A stretch of 64,000 bases of DNA, taken from contig OY970296.1 of NCBI GenBank assembly GCA_963716175.1, positions 2,720,001-2,784,000 of the forward strand. Reading direction: 5' to 3'. The position numbers and the translations under genes were made by a program. This DNA is from an uncultured Armatimonadetes bacterium. GTDB lineage: Bacteria; Armatimonadota; Hebobacteria; Hebobacterales; Hebobacteraceae. Positions 50,000 to 59,263 of the stretch are shown here, one piece after another. The first letter of the stretch is position 1. Every line of letters starts with the position of its first letter. The notes below the pieces were generated by a model that saw only the letters and a program-made list of their open reading frames with translations, made no database searches and was not told the origin of the DNA.

Positions 50000-51316
50000 T
50001 TACCCGCCTCGGGCGGGCTCCGGCCGCACGCTGATGCGGGCGTCCGCGGGCATGCCTGGCTTCAGCTCGTGGTTCGGGTTTTCTACCTCTACCTTGACGC
50101 CGAACACCAGCTTCTCCCGCTGCTCCCGCGTCTGCACGTTCTTGGGCGTGAACTCCGCCTGCTGCGCGATCTCCGTCACCCGGCCCCGGTAGGCCTTGCC
50201 CGGGTTGGCGTCGGCTCTCACCTCAGCCTTCTGCCCCAGCTTCACCCGGTCCAACTGGGTCACTGGGACGTAGACTCGCAGCCACATGTGGTCGAGATCG
50301 GCGAGCCGGACTATCGCCTGGTTAGGCGCCACGGTTTCGCCTGCCTCCCGGACCTTGATGGTCACAGCGCCATCGAGGGGAGAGGTCACCTTCGCATCGC
50401 GCAGTCGTTTCTCGGCCGCAGCCAGCCCCCCCCTCGCGTTCTCGACCTGCCCCGCGGCCGCAACTTGCGCCTGCTGGGCGGCGCGCTGCTGCGCCCCCGC
50501 GGCATCGAGCTGCTGCTTCAGGGCCAGCTTATCGGCATACAGCTCCTGGGCGGTGGCGAGTGAGCGCGCGGCCGCCTCGGCATTTGCCTGCGCCTGGGCG
50601 AACCCGGCCTCGGCCTGCCTTCTCTCCTGGCTCCTCGCGCCCGCCTCCGCCTCGGCCAACCGCGCCCGGGCCGCCTCCAGAGCGGCCTTCGCGGCGTCCC
50701 GCGCAGTCCTTTGCAGATCCGCCTGCTGTTGCGACACCGCGCCCTGGGCCAGCAGCTTCTCCAATCGCTCCAGCTCCCGCTGCGCGTTCTCGGAGTTCGC
50801 CTGCGCGCTCGCCACTGCCGCCCGCGCCTGCTCTATCTCCTCCGATCGCACCCCTGCCCGCACCAGGTCGAGGGCCGCCTTCGCCTGATCGCGCGCGGCT
50901 ATCGCCGCCTGATGGCGCGCCCGGGCGGTCTCGAACCCGCCCTTCAGCTCTGTGCTCTTGGTATAGGCTTCCCCCGCGTTGGCCGCGGCCAGCCGGGCCC
51001 CGGCCAGCACGGCCTCTGCCTGCGCCAGTTGCCCCTTCGCCGCCGCCAGCGCGCCCCGCGCCTGCGTCACCTGGGGTTCCACGTCCCTGCGGTCTATCTC
51101 CGCCACCAGCTCCCCTCGCTTCACCCAATCGCCTTCGTCCACCAGCAGCCGCGCCAGCTTGCCGCCGCTGAGGGAGCTCACATCCACCTCGGTCGCCTCC
51201 ATCACCCCGCTGGCCTCGATCCAACCTGTGGGCCTCGGGGGCCGATGGGCGACCAGGTAGCCGGCGATCGCCACCAATGCAAGCAGCCCCGCCACCAGGC
51301 CGATCCGCCGCTTCAT
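50000..51316 (-). CDS. HlyD/YbhG-like periplasmic adaptor
   Basis: N-terminal TM, long coiled coil, AEFTPKNVQT, LKPGMPAD. Confidence 0.9.
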   Translation of the reverse strand: MKRRIGLVAGLLALVAIAGYLVAHRPPRPTGWIEASGVMEATEVDVSSLSGGKLARLLVDEGDWVKRGELVAEIDRRDVEPQVTQARGALAAAKGQLAQAEAVLAGARLAAANAGEAYTKSTELKGGFETARARHQAAIAARDQAKAALDLVRAGVRSEEIEQARAAVASAQANSENAQRELERLEKLLAQGAVSQQQADLQRTARDAAKAALEAARARLAEAEAGARSQERRQAEAGFAQAQANAEAAARSLATAQELYADKLALKQQLDAAGAQQRAAQQAQVAAAGQVENARGGLAAAEKRLRDAKVTSPLDGAVTIKVREAGETVAPNQAIVRLADLDHMWLRVYVPVTQLDRVKLGQKAEVRADANPGKAYRGRVTEIAQQAEFTPKNVQTREQREKLVFGVKVEVENPNHELKPGMPADARISVRPEPARGG

Positions 51317-51461
51317 GTTTCCGCTTTCTCGCCTGCCCGCCTGAGACAGGCAAGGTTGCCACTTCAACCTCGGGCGCGCCACTACCTGTTGGCGGCGAGT
51401 CGCCTCGGCGACTGGACTCCTACACGGCGGTAGGCCGGCAGCCACCTTCGCCTTTACATTC

Positions 51462-51490
51462 TTGACACGTCCCATGCCAGCGGTTATGCT
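51462..51490 (+). promoter_or_regulatory. Sigma70 promoter
   Basis: TTGACA-N17-TATGCT. Confidence 0.8.
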
Positions 51491-51496
51491 GGGTGT

Positions 51497-51680
51497 GGAA
51501 TACTAAGGGCGATGGACACGTCGTCACGTAACCAGGCAGGGACCAAGGCCAATCCGGCGCAACGTAGACTCAGCCGGTTCGGCCAGCCGCGTGTGCGCGG
51601 AGCGGCTTTAGGGCGCGCGGGGCCGGCATAGGCCCGCGGCGAGCCCTGTCAAAGCCTTCCCTGTCCGGGAAGGCTTTTTT
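51497..51680 (+). ncRNA. Candidate cis-regulatory leader RNA (riboswitch/attenuator)
   Basis: Four hairpins between promoter and terminator; 51535..51549 is complementary to the terminator 5' arm and loop. Confidence 0.6.
51651..51680 (+). terminator. Intrinsic terminator inside the 5' leader
   Basis: AAAGCCTTCCC-TGTCC-GGGAAGGCTTTTTT. Confidence 0.85.
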
Positions 51681-51828
51681 GTTGGTGGTTAGGCCTGCGG
51701 CCGCCGTGGTCCCTAGGCCTGAAGCCGGGATGGCGGCCTGCGAAGCAGGCCTAGCCACGGTCGGCTCTGCCGACCTAGCCGCCGGGCGGCGTGGCGCATT
51801 GACCGGGGCGAAGCCGAGGAGATAGGGG

Positions 51829-53106
51829 ATGATCTTTTTCGCGGAGGCCTATCTGAGTGATCTGATGCGCATGAATGTGCTGGACCGCGACGGCGCTGTG
51901 GTCGGCCGGCTGCGGGATGTGGCGGTGCGGCTGGGTGAAGCCTTCCCTCCGGTGACCAAGCTCGTCCTCCGCCGCCGCGGCCAGCGCCAGCCCTTGGTCA
52001 TCCCTTGGGACGCAGTGCGCAGTGTCTCCGCTGAGTCCATCACTCTGCTCCACCGTAGCAGCGAGCTTCGCTCCGTGCAACTGGAACCCGAAGACACGCT
52101 GCTCGGGGCGTCCCTGCTGGATCGCCAGATTGTGGACGTGCAGGGCCGGCGCGTGGTCCGGGTGAACGACCTGAAGCTGGGGTCTGTGCAAGGGCAGGTG
52201 CGGCTGGTGGCGGCCGGGGTAGGGACGCGCAGCCTGCTGCGCCGCCTCAATCTGGAGGGCCTGGCGCTGCGGGTGTGGAGCTGGTTTGGCCGGCGCCTAC
52301 ACGAGCATCTCATCAGTTGGGAGCACGTGCACGCGGTGGAGCCCGCCTCCCAACAGCTGCAGCTCGGACTGGAGCAGGAGAAGCTCCAGCGCCTGAATCC
52401 CGCCGACTTGGCCGACATCCTGGGCGAACTCAGCACCAGCGATCGCGCGGCGGTGGTGTCCTCGCTAGATGAGGAGACCGCCGCGGCGGCGATGGAAGAG
52501 ATGGACTTCGATCTCCAGAAGTCAGTGCTCGACTCGGTAGAGGACGAAAGGGCGGCCGACATCCTGGAGGAGATCGCCCCGGACGCCGCGGCCGACCTGA
52601 TGGGCGATCTGCCCAGGGAACGGGCCGACGAGCTGCTCAGCCTGATGGAGCCGGAGGAGGCCTCGGACGTCAAGGAGCTGCTCAAATACCCGGAGGAATC
52701 GGCCGGCGGGCTCATGACCATGGACTACGTGACCGTCCCAGCCGGGATCACCGCCCAGGAGGCAATCGAGCATCTGCGGAGGGTGGGGGAAGAGGCCGAG
52801 ACCATCTACTACTGCTATGTCGTGAAGGATGGCAATCGCCTGGTGGGCGTGCTCTCCTTGCGCGACCTTATCGTGGCCCCGCCCGACCAGCGGATTGACG
52901 ATATCATGGCGAGGGACGTGATCTCGGTGCAGCCCCTCACCCCCCAGGAGGAGACCGCCCGCTTCATCTCCCGGTACAATCTGCTGGCCATCCCGGTCGT
53001 GGATGACGATCAGCAGTTGCTGGGCATTGTCACCGTGGATGACGCCATCGACGCGGTGCTGCCCACGCGGTGGAAGAAGCGGCTGCCCAAAGTGTTCTCC
53101 AGCTGA
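51829..53106 (+). CDS. MgtE-like cytoplasmic protein (PRC-barrel + MgtE_N + CBS pair, no TM domain)
   Basis: PADLADIL, APDAAADL, YPEESAGGLMT, YNLLAIPVVD...GIVTVDD. Confidence 0.88.
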   Translation: MIFFAEAYLSDLMRMNVLDRDGAVVGRLRDVAVRLGEAFPPVTKLVLRRRGQRQPLVIPWDAVRSVSAESITLLHRSSELRSVQLEPEDTLLGASLLDRQIVDVQGRRVVRVNDLKLGSVQGQVRLVAAGVGTRSLLRRLNLEGLALRVWSWFGRRLHEHLISWEHVHAVEPASQQLQLGLEQEKLQRLNPADLADILGELSTSDRAAVVSSLDEETAAAAMEEMDFDLQKSVLDSVEDERAADILEEIAPDAAADLMGDLPRERADELLSLMEPEEASDVKELLKYPEESAGGLMTMDYVTVPAGITAQEAIEHLRRVGEEAETIYYCYVVKDGNRLVGVLSLRDLIVAPPDQRIDDIMARDVISVQPLTPQEETARFISRYNLLAIPVVDDDQQLLGIVTVDDAIDAVLPTRWKKRLPKVFSS

Positions 53107-53124
53107 TGCCAAGAGCGAAGCCCC

Positions 53125-54369
53125 GTGTTCCAGCTTCTCCGCAGGCGCCTACTGCTCCCCATCTTCGCCTTCTTCTCCGTGGTGGGCCCGGCCTTCATCA
53201 CGGCCAATGTGGACAATGACGCGCCCGGCATCGCCACCTACTCGGTGGCCGGTGCCCACTTCGGCTACACCCTGCTCTGGCTGCTCTGGCCCACCCTGGT
53301 TATGCTTATCGTGGTCCAGGAGATCTGCGCCCGCATGGGAGTGGCCACCACCAAGGGCCTCGCCGACCTGATCCGGGAGGAGTTCGGCGTCAAAGTCACG
53401 CTGGTGCTGATGGCGGCGCTGCTGGTCACCAACCTGGCCAACACCGCGGGGGAATTCGCCGGTTTGGCTGCGGGCGCTCGCATCTTCGGGCTCCCCCCCT
53501 ACCTCTCTGTGCCCGTTGGGGCCTTTCTCATCTGGCTGCTAGTGGTGCGCGGCAGCTACAGCAGCGTCGAGCGCATCTTCCTCGCCGCCTGCCTGGTCTA
53601 CATGGCCTATCCCATCTCCGGGATTCTGGCTCATCCGGACTGGGAGTACGTGCTCAAGCAATCCCTGGTGCCGCGGCTGACGCCCGATCTGCCCACAGTG
53701 ACCATGGCGATGGGGATCGTGGGCACCACCATCGCGCCCTGGATGCAGTTCTACCTACAGGCTGCCGTGGTCGAGAAGGGAACTCCCGCCGGCCGCTACC
53801 AGCTCGCCAAGTGGGACGTGATCATCGGCGGCATCTTTGCCATCATCGTCGTCTTCTTCATCACCGTCGCCTGCGCCGCCACCATTCACCCCAGGGGCAT
53901 CCACATCACTGATGCCGCCCAGGCCGCCGCCGCCCTCCGGCCCCTGGCCGGGCGCTATGCCTCCGCCCTCTTCGCCGTCGGGCTGCTCAACGCCGCGCTG
54001 TTCGCCGCCTCCATCCTGCCGCTGAGCACGGCCTACAGCGTGTGCGAGGGCATTGGCTGGGAGCGGGGGGTGAACCGGCCCTTCCGCAGCGCCCCTCAGT
54101 TCTACCTCCTTTACACCGGCCTCATCGTGGTCGGCGGAGGCATCGTGCTCCTGCCCGGCGCCCCGCTGCTTCGGATCATGCTGATCTCCCAGGTGATGAA
54201 CGGAGTGCTGCTGCCGGTTATCTTGGTCCTGATGCTGCTGCTGGCTACTCGCCGGCGCTTGATGGGAAAGCTGGCGCTCTCCCACGGCTACGCTGGTTTC
54301 TGCTGGGTGCTGGCGTTCCTGCTGATCGCGCTAGACCTGTTCTTACTGGTAACCGCTTTCATGGGCTGA
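53125..54369 (+). CDS. NRAMP-family divalent metal transporter (NRMT-like)
   Basis: GPAFITANVDNDAPGIATY, QEICARMG, GTTIAPWMQF, SQVMNG. Confidence 0.88.
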   Translation: MFQLLRRRLLLPIFAFFSVVGPAFITANVDNDAPGIATYSVAGAHFGYTLLWLLWPTLVMLIVVQEICARMGVATTKGLADLIREEFGVKVTLVLMAALLVTNLANTAGEFAGLAAGARIFGLPPYLSVPVGAFLIWLLVVRGSYSSVERIFLAACLVYMAYPISGILAHPDWEYVLKQSLVPRLTPDLPTVTMAMGIVGTTIAPWMQFYLQAAVVEKGTPAGRYQLAKWDVIIGGIFAIIVVFFITVACAATIHPRGIHITDAAQAAAALRPLAGRYASALFAVGLLNAALFAASILPLSTAYSVCEGIGWERGVNRPFRSAPQFYLLYTGLIVVGGGIVLLPGAPLLRIMLISQVMNGVLLPVILVLMLLLATRRRLMGKLALSHGYAGFCWVLAFLLIALDLFLLVTAFMG

Positions 54370-54440
54370 GGGCAGCAGGCGCGCTCTCGGCCTCTGTCGA
54401 ACTCGCCTTTACACCATCCTAGAGAGGCGAGGTAACCGAC

Positions 54441-55460
54441 ATGGACCGCTTCGAGCTCTGGAAATCGGGCGCCCTGAGGGGTGCGAACGCGTTTCCCCGG
54501 CACACGGTTGAGGATCTGTCGGCGCTGCGCAGTTGGGGCGCGAACCTGGTCACCTTCGGTGTCAAGAGCGTGCTCGAACTCGGGGAGCCGTTCCCGCTGG
54601 CCGCCGACGCCTTCGCCGACATTGACTCTGCCCTCGACCGCGCCCGGCAGGCCGGCCTGTTCGCGGTGATCAACTTCCGCTCCATCCCGGGGCGGAAGGA
54701 GTTCGACCACGATCTCGACCACTTCCGCGACTTCAAGTACCACGACGCTTTCGTGCGCCTTTGGGGGGAGACTGCGCGCCACCTGCGGGATCGCCAGATC
54801 GCCGGATACGATCTGATGTGCGAGCCGCATCCGGAGGATGTGTTTGAGGGGGAGGATCGTTTGCCGGCCGTCTTCCCGAAGAAAGCGAAGGGCACCCCCG
54901 CCGATTGGAACCTGCTAGTGCGCCGCACCGTCGAGGCGATCCGGGAGGAGGATGCGGATACCCCCATCATCGTCAACTCCACGGGCTGGGCCTATCCCCA
55001 TACCTTCGATTACCTCGACCTGGTCGCAGACTCGCGGACGGTCTACAGCGTGCATTTCTATGCGCCGCACTACTACACGCATCAGAAGCCGGGAGATAAC
55101 CGCGCTTACCCCGGGTTCGTGGACCCGGCCGAGCCGGGGCCGCCCTGGGATAAGCGCGTGGTGGAGGAGAAGCTGAGCCCGGTGCGGCGCTACCAACAGC
55201 AGCACCATGTGCCCATCTTCTCCGGCGAGTACGGCTGCGCCCGCTATGCGCCCGGCGCGCTGCAATGGTTCCGCGACCAGATGGATCTCTACGACCAGTG
55301 GGGCTGGTCCTCGGCCTACTGGGATCTGCGGGGCTGGGAGGTGATGGACATCGAGATGACGGCCGACCCCAATGATAAGCAGCGACACGCGGACACGCCG
55401 CTCCTGGGTGTCTTCAAATCCTACTTCGCGAAGGACAGGGTCTTCCCGTCTAGCCCTTGA
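54441..55460 (+). CDS. GH5 (cellulase family) glycoside hydrolase
   Basis: YDLMCEP, YSVHFY, FSGEYG. Confidence 0.82.
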   Translation: MDRFELWKSGALRGANAFPRHTVEDLSALRSWGANLVTFGVKSVLELGEPFPLAADAFADIDSALDRARQAGLFAVINFRSIPGRKEFDHDLDHFRDFKYHDAFVRLWGETARHLRDRQIAGYDLMCEPHPEDVFEGEDRLPAVFPKKAKGTPADWNLLVRRTVEAIREEDADTPIIVNSTGWAYPHTFDYLDLVADSRTVYSVHFYAPHYYTHQKPGDNRAYPGFVDPAEPGPPWDKRVVEEKLSPVRRYQQQHHVPIFSGEYGCARYAPGALQWFRDQMDLYDQWGWSSAYWDLRGWEVMDIEMTADPNDKQRHADTPLLGVFKSYFAKDRVFPSSP

Positions 55461-56762
55461 GGCCATCGAGCAGCTTGAACGACTCCTCCACCAGCACCAG
55501 CCCGGCGTTGTCGGCGAGGTGGGCGGCCGTTTCCGCCTCGTAGCCGCCCTCCTCGAAGGCCTCCGGGGTTGGCACGTAGCCAATGGAGCCGTTGGCGTAG
55601 CCGATCACATAGGTGGGGTGGAAAGGCGAGTTGTGCTTGATCTCCATGCCGAAGTCGCAGAAGATCTCGCCCGGCCAGGCCAGGAAAGTCACCGCGCCCA
55701 GCGAGATCGCCTGAATCTCGCACTCCACCGGTGCGTCGCCCTGCTGCTTCAGGTCTGCTAGACGCTTCCGCGCTCGCTCGGGATTCGGCGGCGCGTACCA
55801 CGTCATGTAGGGATTGCGCTCCTCGCGAGGGCGAGCGGCCCCGCGCTCGGCCGCCCTGAGCGCCTCCTCGGCCGCCTTGATCGCCCGTGGCCGGTTGGTT
55901 GGAAGCGCGATCTTGCGATTCGCGTATCGGAGGCGGACCTGGTCTGTCGTCTCGACCTTGGCCCACACCCGCGCCGCCTCTCGCGCCAGGTCTTCCCCGG
56001 CCCGCGCGGCGATGTTGAAGCTCCCGCCGCTGGCATACCCGTGATCAACCGCGGCCTCCCGCGGATTCACGTTGCCGCATGCACCCTGGAGAAACATCCC
56101 CATCGCGCCTGGGACCCTCTGCTCCAGGTAGTGCGCCGCGTAGCCCGGATAGTCTGCGCTGGTCAGGTAGTTGTCCGCCATCAGGCAGACCGCGTGGCAG
56201 GCGTAGTTCATCAACGCAGCCATCGCCTTGCCATCGGCGTGGTCAACGCGGATCAGACCCAGCTCCGTGTCGAACTTGCCGAAATGGTTGCGGCCCAGCA
56301 CCACCCGCCCCCCGGGGACGAACTCGCGCCGGTTGATCCCGATGGCAGACCAGCCGCTGGACGCGCCCAGGCGTGCCGCCGTGAGGTTACCGACCGCCTG
56401 GTTGAGCACCTCGATCAGTTTCGCTGGCAGCGCTTCCCAGTATGTCTTCTCTTGGTCTGTGGCATCATCTCCCGCCACGTCGGGCCGGAGTGGGTATGGG
56501 TTCCGGCGATCAGCAGCGCCTCCGGCGCGATGCCGGCTGAAGACCCGGCCGCCTTCCGCACCTCGGCCACAGTCTGGTCCGAGATGCCGATCAGGTCCAA
56601 CCCCACCAGCGCCGCTCTCCGGCCGCCGTCATTCAGCACCAGCGCGCGCGCCCGGAGCGGGTCATGGACTGCGAGGGAAGGGAAAACACGGCCGGCGAAA
56701 CCGGCCATCCGCACTCCCACGGGCGGCGTGATATCGAGCTTCGCCACTCCTGCCTTGAGCAT
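55450..56762 (-). CDS. Neutral/alkaline ceramidase-like amidohydrolase, split by a frameshift near 56484
   Basis: DITPP, HDPLRARAL, THTHSGP in frame 1; NYACHA, SADYPG, QGACGNVNP, PGEIF, GYVPT in frame 2. Confidence 0.8.
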
Positions 56763-56813
56763 GAGCTTACCTCCTTGGAAACGGTGTGACAGGCTGGGAG
56801 CCCGCCCTACAGG

Positions 56814-58103
56814 TTACCGCGCGAACTGCGGCAGGTACTCGGCGTGCGCCTCCAGCAAGTCGCCCAGCAGCGCCTTCGCCACCCGCACGGAGGGCACCAG
56901 AGGGTTCGCCACCAGCGCCTGCAAGGCCGCGCCTCGATCCCCGGTTACTGCCGCCTCGACCGTGAGTTCCTCGTAGGCTTTCACCTGCTGCAGCAGCCCC
57001 CGCAGCTGGGGGCGCAGCCGCCCCACCGTCAGCGGAACCGGCCCTTGGGCGCCAATGACGCAGTTCACCTCCACCACCGACTCGGGGGCCAGGTCGGCGA
57101 GCGCCCCCCGGTTCGTGGTGTCCACGCACTGGATATCCCGGCGATCATTGTGGATGGAGGAGATCAGGCGGAGGGCCGCATCGGAGTACCCGCCACCCCC
57201 GCGCTTGGAGAGCGCGGCTGGCTTCTGCTTGAGCTCGGGATCGCGATACTGGTCGAACAGCTCCTTCTCGATGCCAAGTACCGCCTCTCCCCGGGTCGGC
57301 TTGCCCTCGGCGTCGGCCTTCTGCAGCCGCGCCAGCGCCTCATCCTTGTGGTAGTAGTAATGGTGGTAGCCGCACGGGATGGCGTGCAGCGATTCCAGCA
57401 GCTCGGCCGACCAGTCGCCGTTCTTCCCCAGCCTGGCGATCAGATCATCCGTGACATCCGCGCCGCGCACCAGCACGCGGGTCACCCACACCAGGTGGTT
57501 GCAGCCTGCGAACTCGATGAAGATCTCGTCCGGCTTGGCCTGGAAGTCCCGCTGCAGCCAGCGCTCGGTGCCAATCGGCAGATTGCAGAGGCCCACAATG
57601 CTGGTCTTGGTGTGGCGGCTCACCGCTTCCGTCACGACCCCGCTGGGGTTGGTGAAGTTGACCAGCCAGGCTCCGGGCGCCAGCTCCTCGATGTCCCGGC
57701 AGATCGCCAGCATCGCGGGGATGGTGCGAAGCGCCTTGGCGAACCCGCCCGGCCCCGTGGTCTCCTGGCCGATCACCCCATGGCGCAGCGGGATGCGCTC
57801 GTCCTTGATCCGCGCGGGAATCCCGCCGACGCGTATCTGTGTCACCACGAAACTCGCGCCGGGCAGCGCCTCTCGCCGGTCCAGGGTCAGGTTCACCTGG
57901 AAGGGATTGCCCGCCCGCTCCACCATGCGCCTGGCCAGCCCGCCCACTATCTCCAGCTTCTCCCTGCCCGCCGGGATGTCCACCAGCCACACCTCGCGCA
58001 GCGACAGGTCCGCGCGGTGGGAGATCAGCCCCTCCATGATCTCAGGGGTGTAGCTGCTGCCTCCGCCAATCACCACGACTTTGATGACTTGCTCTTCAGT
58101 CAC
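56814..58103 (-). CDS. GH4 6-phospho-beta-glucosidase
   Basis: IGGGSSYTP, GQETTGPGG, NFTNP, GLCN, KRGGGGYS. Confidence 0.92.
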   Translation of the reverse strand: MTEEQVIKVVVIGGGSSYTPEIMEGLISHRADLSLREVWLVDIPAGREKLEIVGGLARRMVERAGNPFQVNLTLDRREALPGASFVVTQIRVGGIPARIKDERIPLRHGVIGQETTGPGGFAKALRTIPAMLAICRDIEELAPGAWLVNFTNPSGVVTEAVSRHTKTSIVGLCNLPIGTERWLQRDFQAKPDEIFIEFAGCNHLVWVTRVLVRGADVTDDLIARLGKNGDWSAELLESLHAIPCGYHHYYYHKDEALARLQKADAEGKPTRGEAVLGIEKELFDQYRDPELKQKPAALSKRGGGGYSDAALRLISSIHNDRRDIQCVDTTNRGALADLAPESVVEVNCVIGAQGPVPLTVGRLRPQLRGLLQQVKAYEELTVEAAVTGDRGAALQALVANPLVPSVRVAKALLGDLLEAHAEYLPQFAR

Positions 58104-58197
58104 TGCCTTCTCCTCTCAGTGCGGTTCCAGCGGCTGGGCCTTCGACCACCCTGTCCCTAGGCCTGAAGGCCGGGATGGCGGCCCGCCGAAGGCGGGC

Positions 58198-59214
58198 CTA
58201 GCCAGCGGCCGGCTGAGCCGACCCAGCCACATCCGCGCGCAGCCAGCCCTGCTGCGAAACTCTCCGTCTCAGTTCCTCCCACACCTCCGGCGCATCCCGG
58301 CTGGCGGCTGCGAGCGCACCCCGCACCGCGCCCATCACGGGCGGCTGGTCAGATAGGACCATGCGGGCCCTCGGCGCCGCAGCCAGCACCTCCCGGCAGA
58401 AGATATCGAATAGCAGGGGGCCGGTCTTCATGAACAGGGAACCGGACGCTATCACCGCGGGATCCTGTCTCGCTAGACCGTAGCGCAGGATGAGATTGGT
58501 GGCGCACAAGGCCAGCTCGCCCCCGAAGCGGGTAACGATCTCCACTGCCACCGGGTCGCCCTTCGCCGCGGTGGCGAAAAGCACTGGATCCAGGATCGTT
58601 CTGGGGATGTGCCTCCCCTCCCGGTGCAGATCTCTCACCAGGGCGGTGACAGTGGGATAGCCGGTTGCCTCCAGCAGAGCCGGAGCAAGGGCGGTGGGAC
58701 GACCTCGCCCGTCCTCGGTGCGGATCACCGCCCGGAGGCCCTGGGCCGCGGCGTCAATGCCACCGCCCAGGTCGGTGAACGCGCCGTAGAAGTACTTCTC
58801 GCCATCCGGCCGGATGATGGCCGAGGCCACGCCCGTCCCCGCGGTAACGCCGATGCCGTGACCCTCCGGCGCAGAGGCCCTGATCGCGGCAAAGGAGTCG
58901 TTCTCCAGCCCGAGCGGGCATTCCCAGCCCGACTCCCTGAGCGCGGTCTCCATGCGGGGCACGTCATCTGGCCAGTCCACCCCGGCCAACGTCATGTGTA
59001 GGCAGAGCACGTCCTTGCGCTGCCTTCCAGCCATGGCGAGCGCTTGCTCGACAATGTCGGTGATCACGGCCGCGGCTCTCGGCGCCCCCAGCATCTCCCA
59101 GTTGCTGCTGCCGCCGCGGCCGATCCCAACCGCCCGGCCCGTCAAGTCGCAGGCCAGCGCTACGGTCTTGGTGTTTCCGCCATCAACCCCAACGACCAGC
59201 CTCCCAGCCTCCAT
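58198..59214 (-). CDS. BadF/BadG/NagK-type sugar kinase
   Basis: GVDGGNTKT, LAGVD, ENDS, AGTG. Confidence 0.85.
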   Translation of the reverse strand: MEAGRLVVGVDGGNTKTVALACDLTGRAVGIGRGGSSNWEMLGAPRAAAVITDIVEQALAMAGRQRKDVLCLHMTLAGVDWPDDVPRMETALRESGWECPLGLENDSFAAIRASAPEGHGIGVTAGTGVASAIIRPDGEKYFYGAFTDLGGGIDAAAQGLRAVIRTEDGRGRPTALAPALLEATGYPTVTALVRDLHREGRHIPRTILDPVLFATAAKGDPVAVEIVTRFGGELALCATNLILRYGLARQDPAVIASGSLFMKTGPLLFDIFCREVLAAAPRARMVLSDQPPVMGAVRGALAAASRDAPEVWEELRRRVSQQGWLRADVAGSAQPAAG

Positions 59215-59263
59215 CTCCCTCCGGCCTCTTGCTCGGGTTGGCGACCGCCGCCTCCGATAGTTC

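Noticed and set aside
45596-51316. HlyD + two ATPases + two permeases as a special export system
   Set aside because: Matches the common YbhGFSR-type architecture, with no cargo gene nearby
51508-51540. GGCGATGG...hairpin...AACC resembling a fluoride riboswitch 5' end
   Set aside because: No downstream GCTRATG-x-CCTAC pseudoknot strand, and the downstream genes are not fluoride-related
54810-54830. CEP instead of NEP in the GH5 enzyme
   Set aside because: Both catalytic Glu residues are retained; a minor variant
56844-58160. Long antisense ORFs (also 41868..43085, 47811..48920, 16143..17228 and many others)
   Set aside because: Shadow frames of well-supported genes, expected at this GC content, with no motifs
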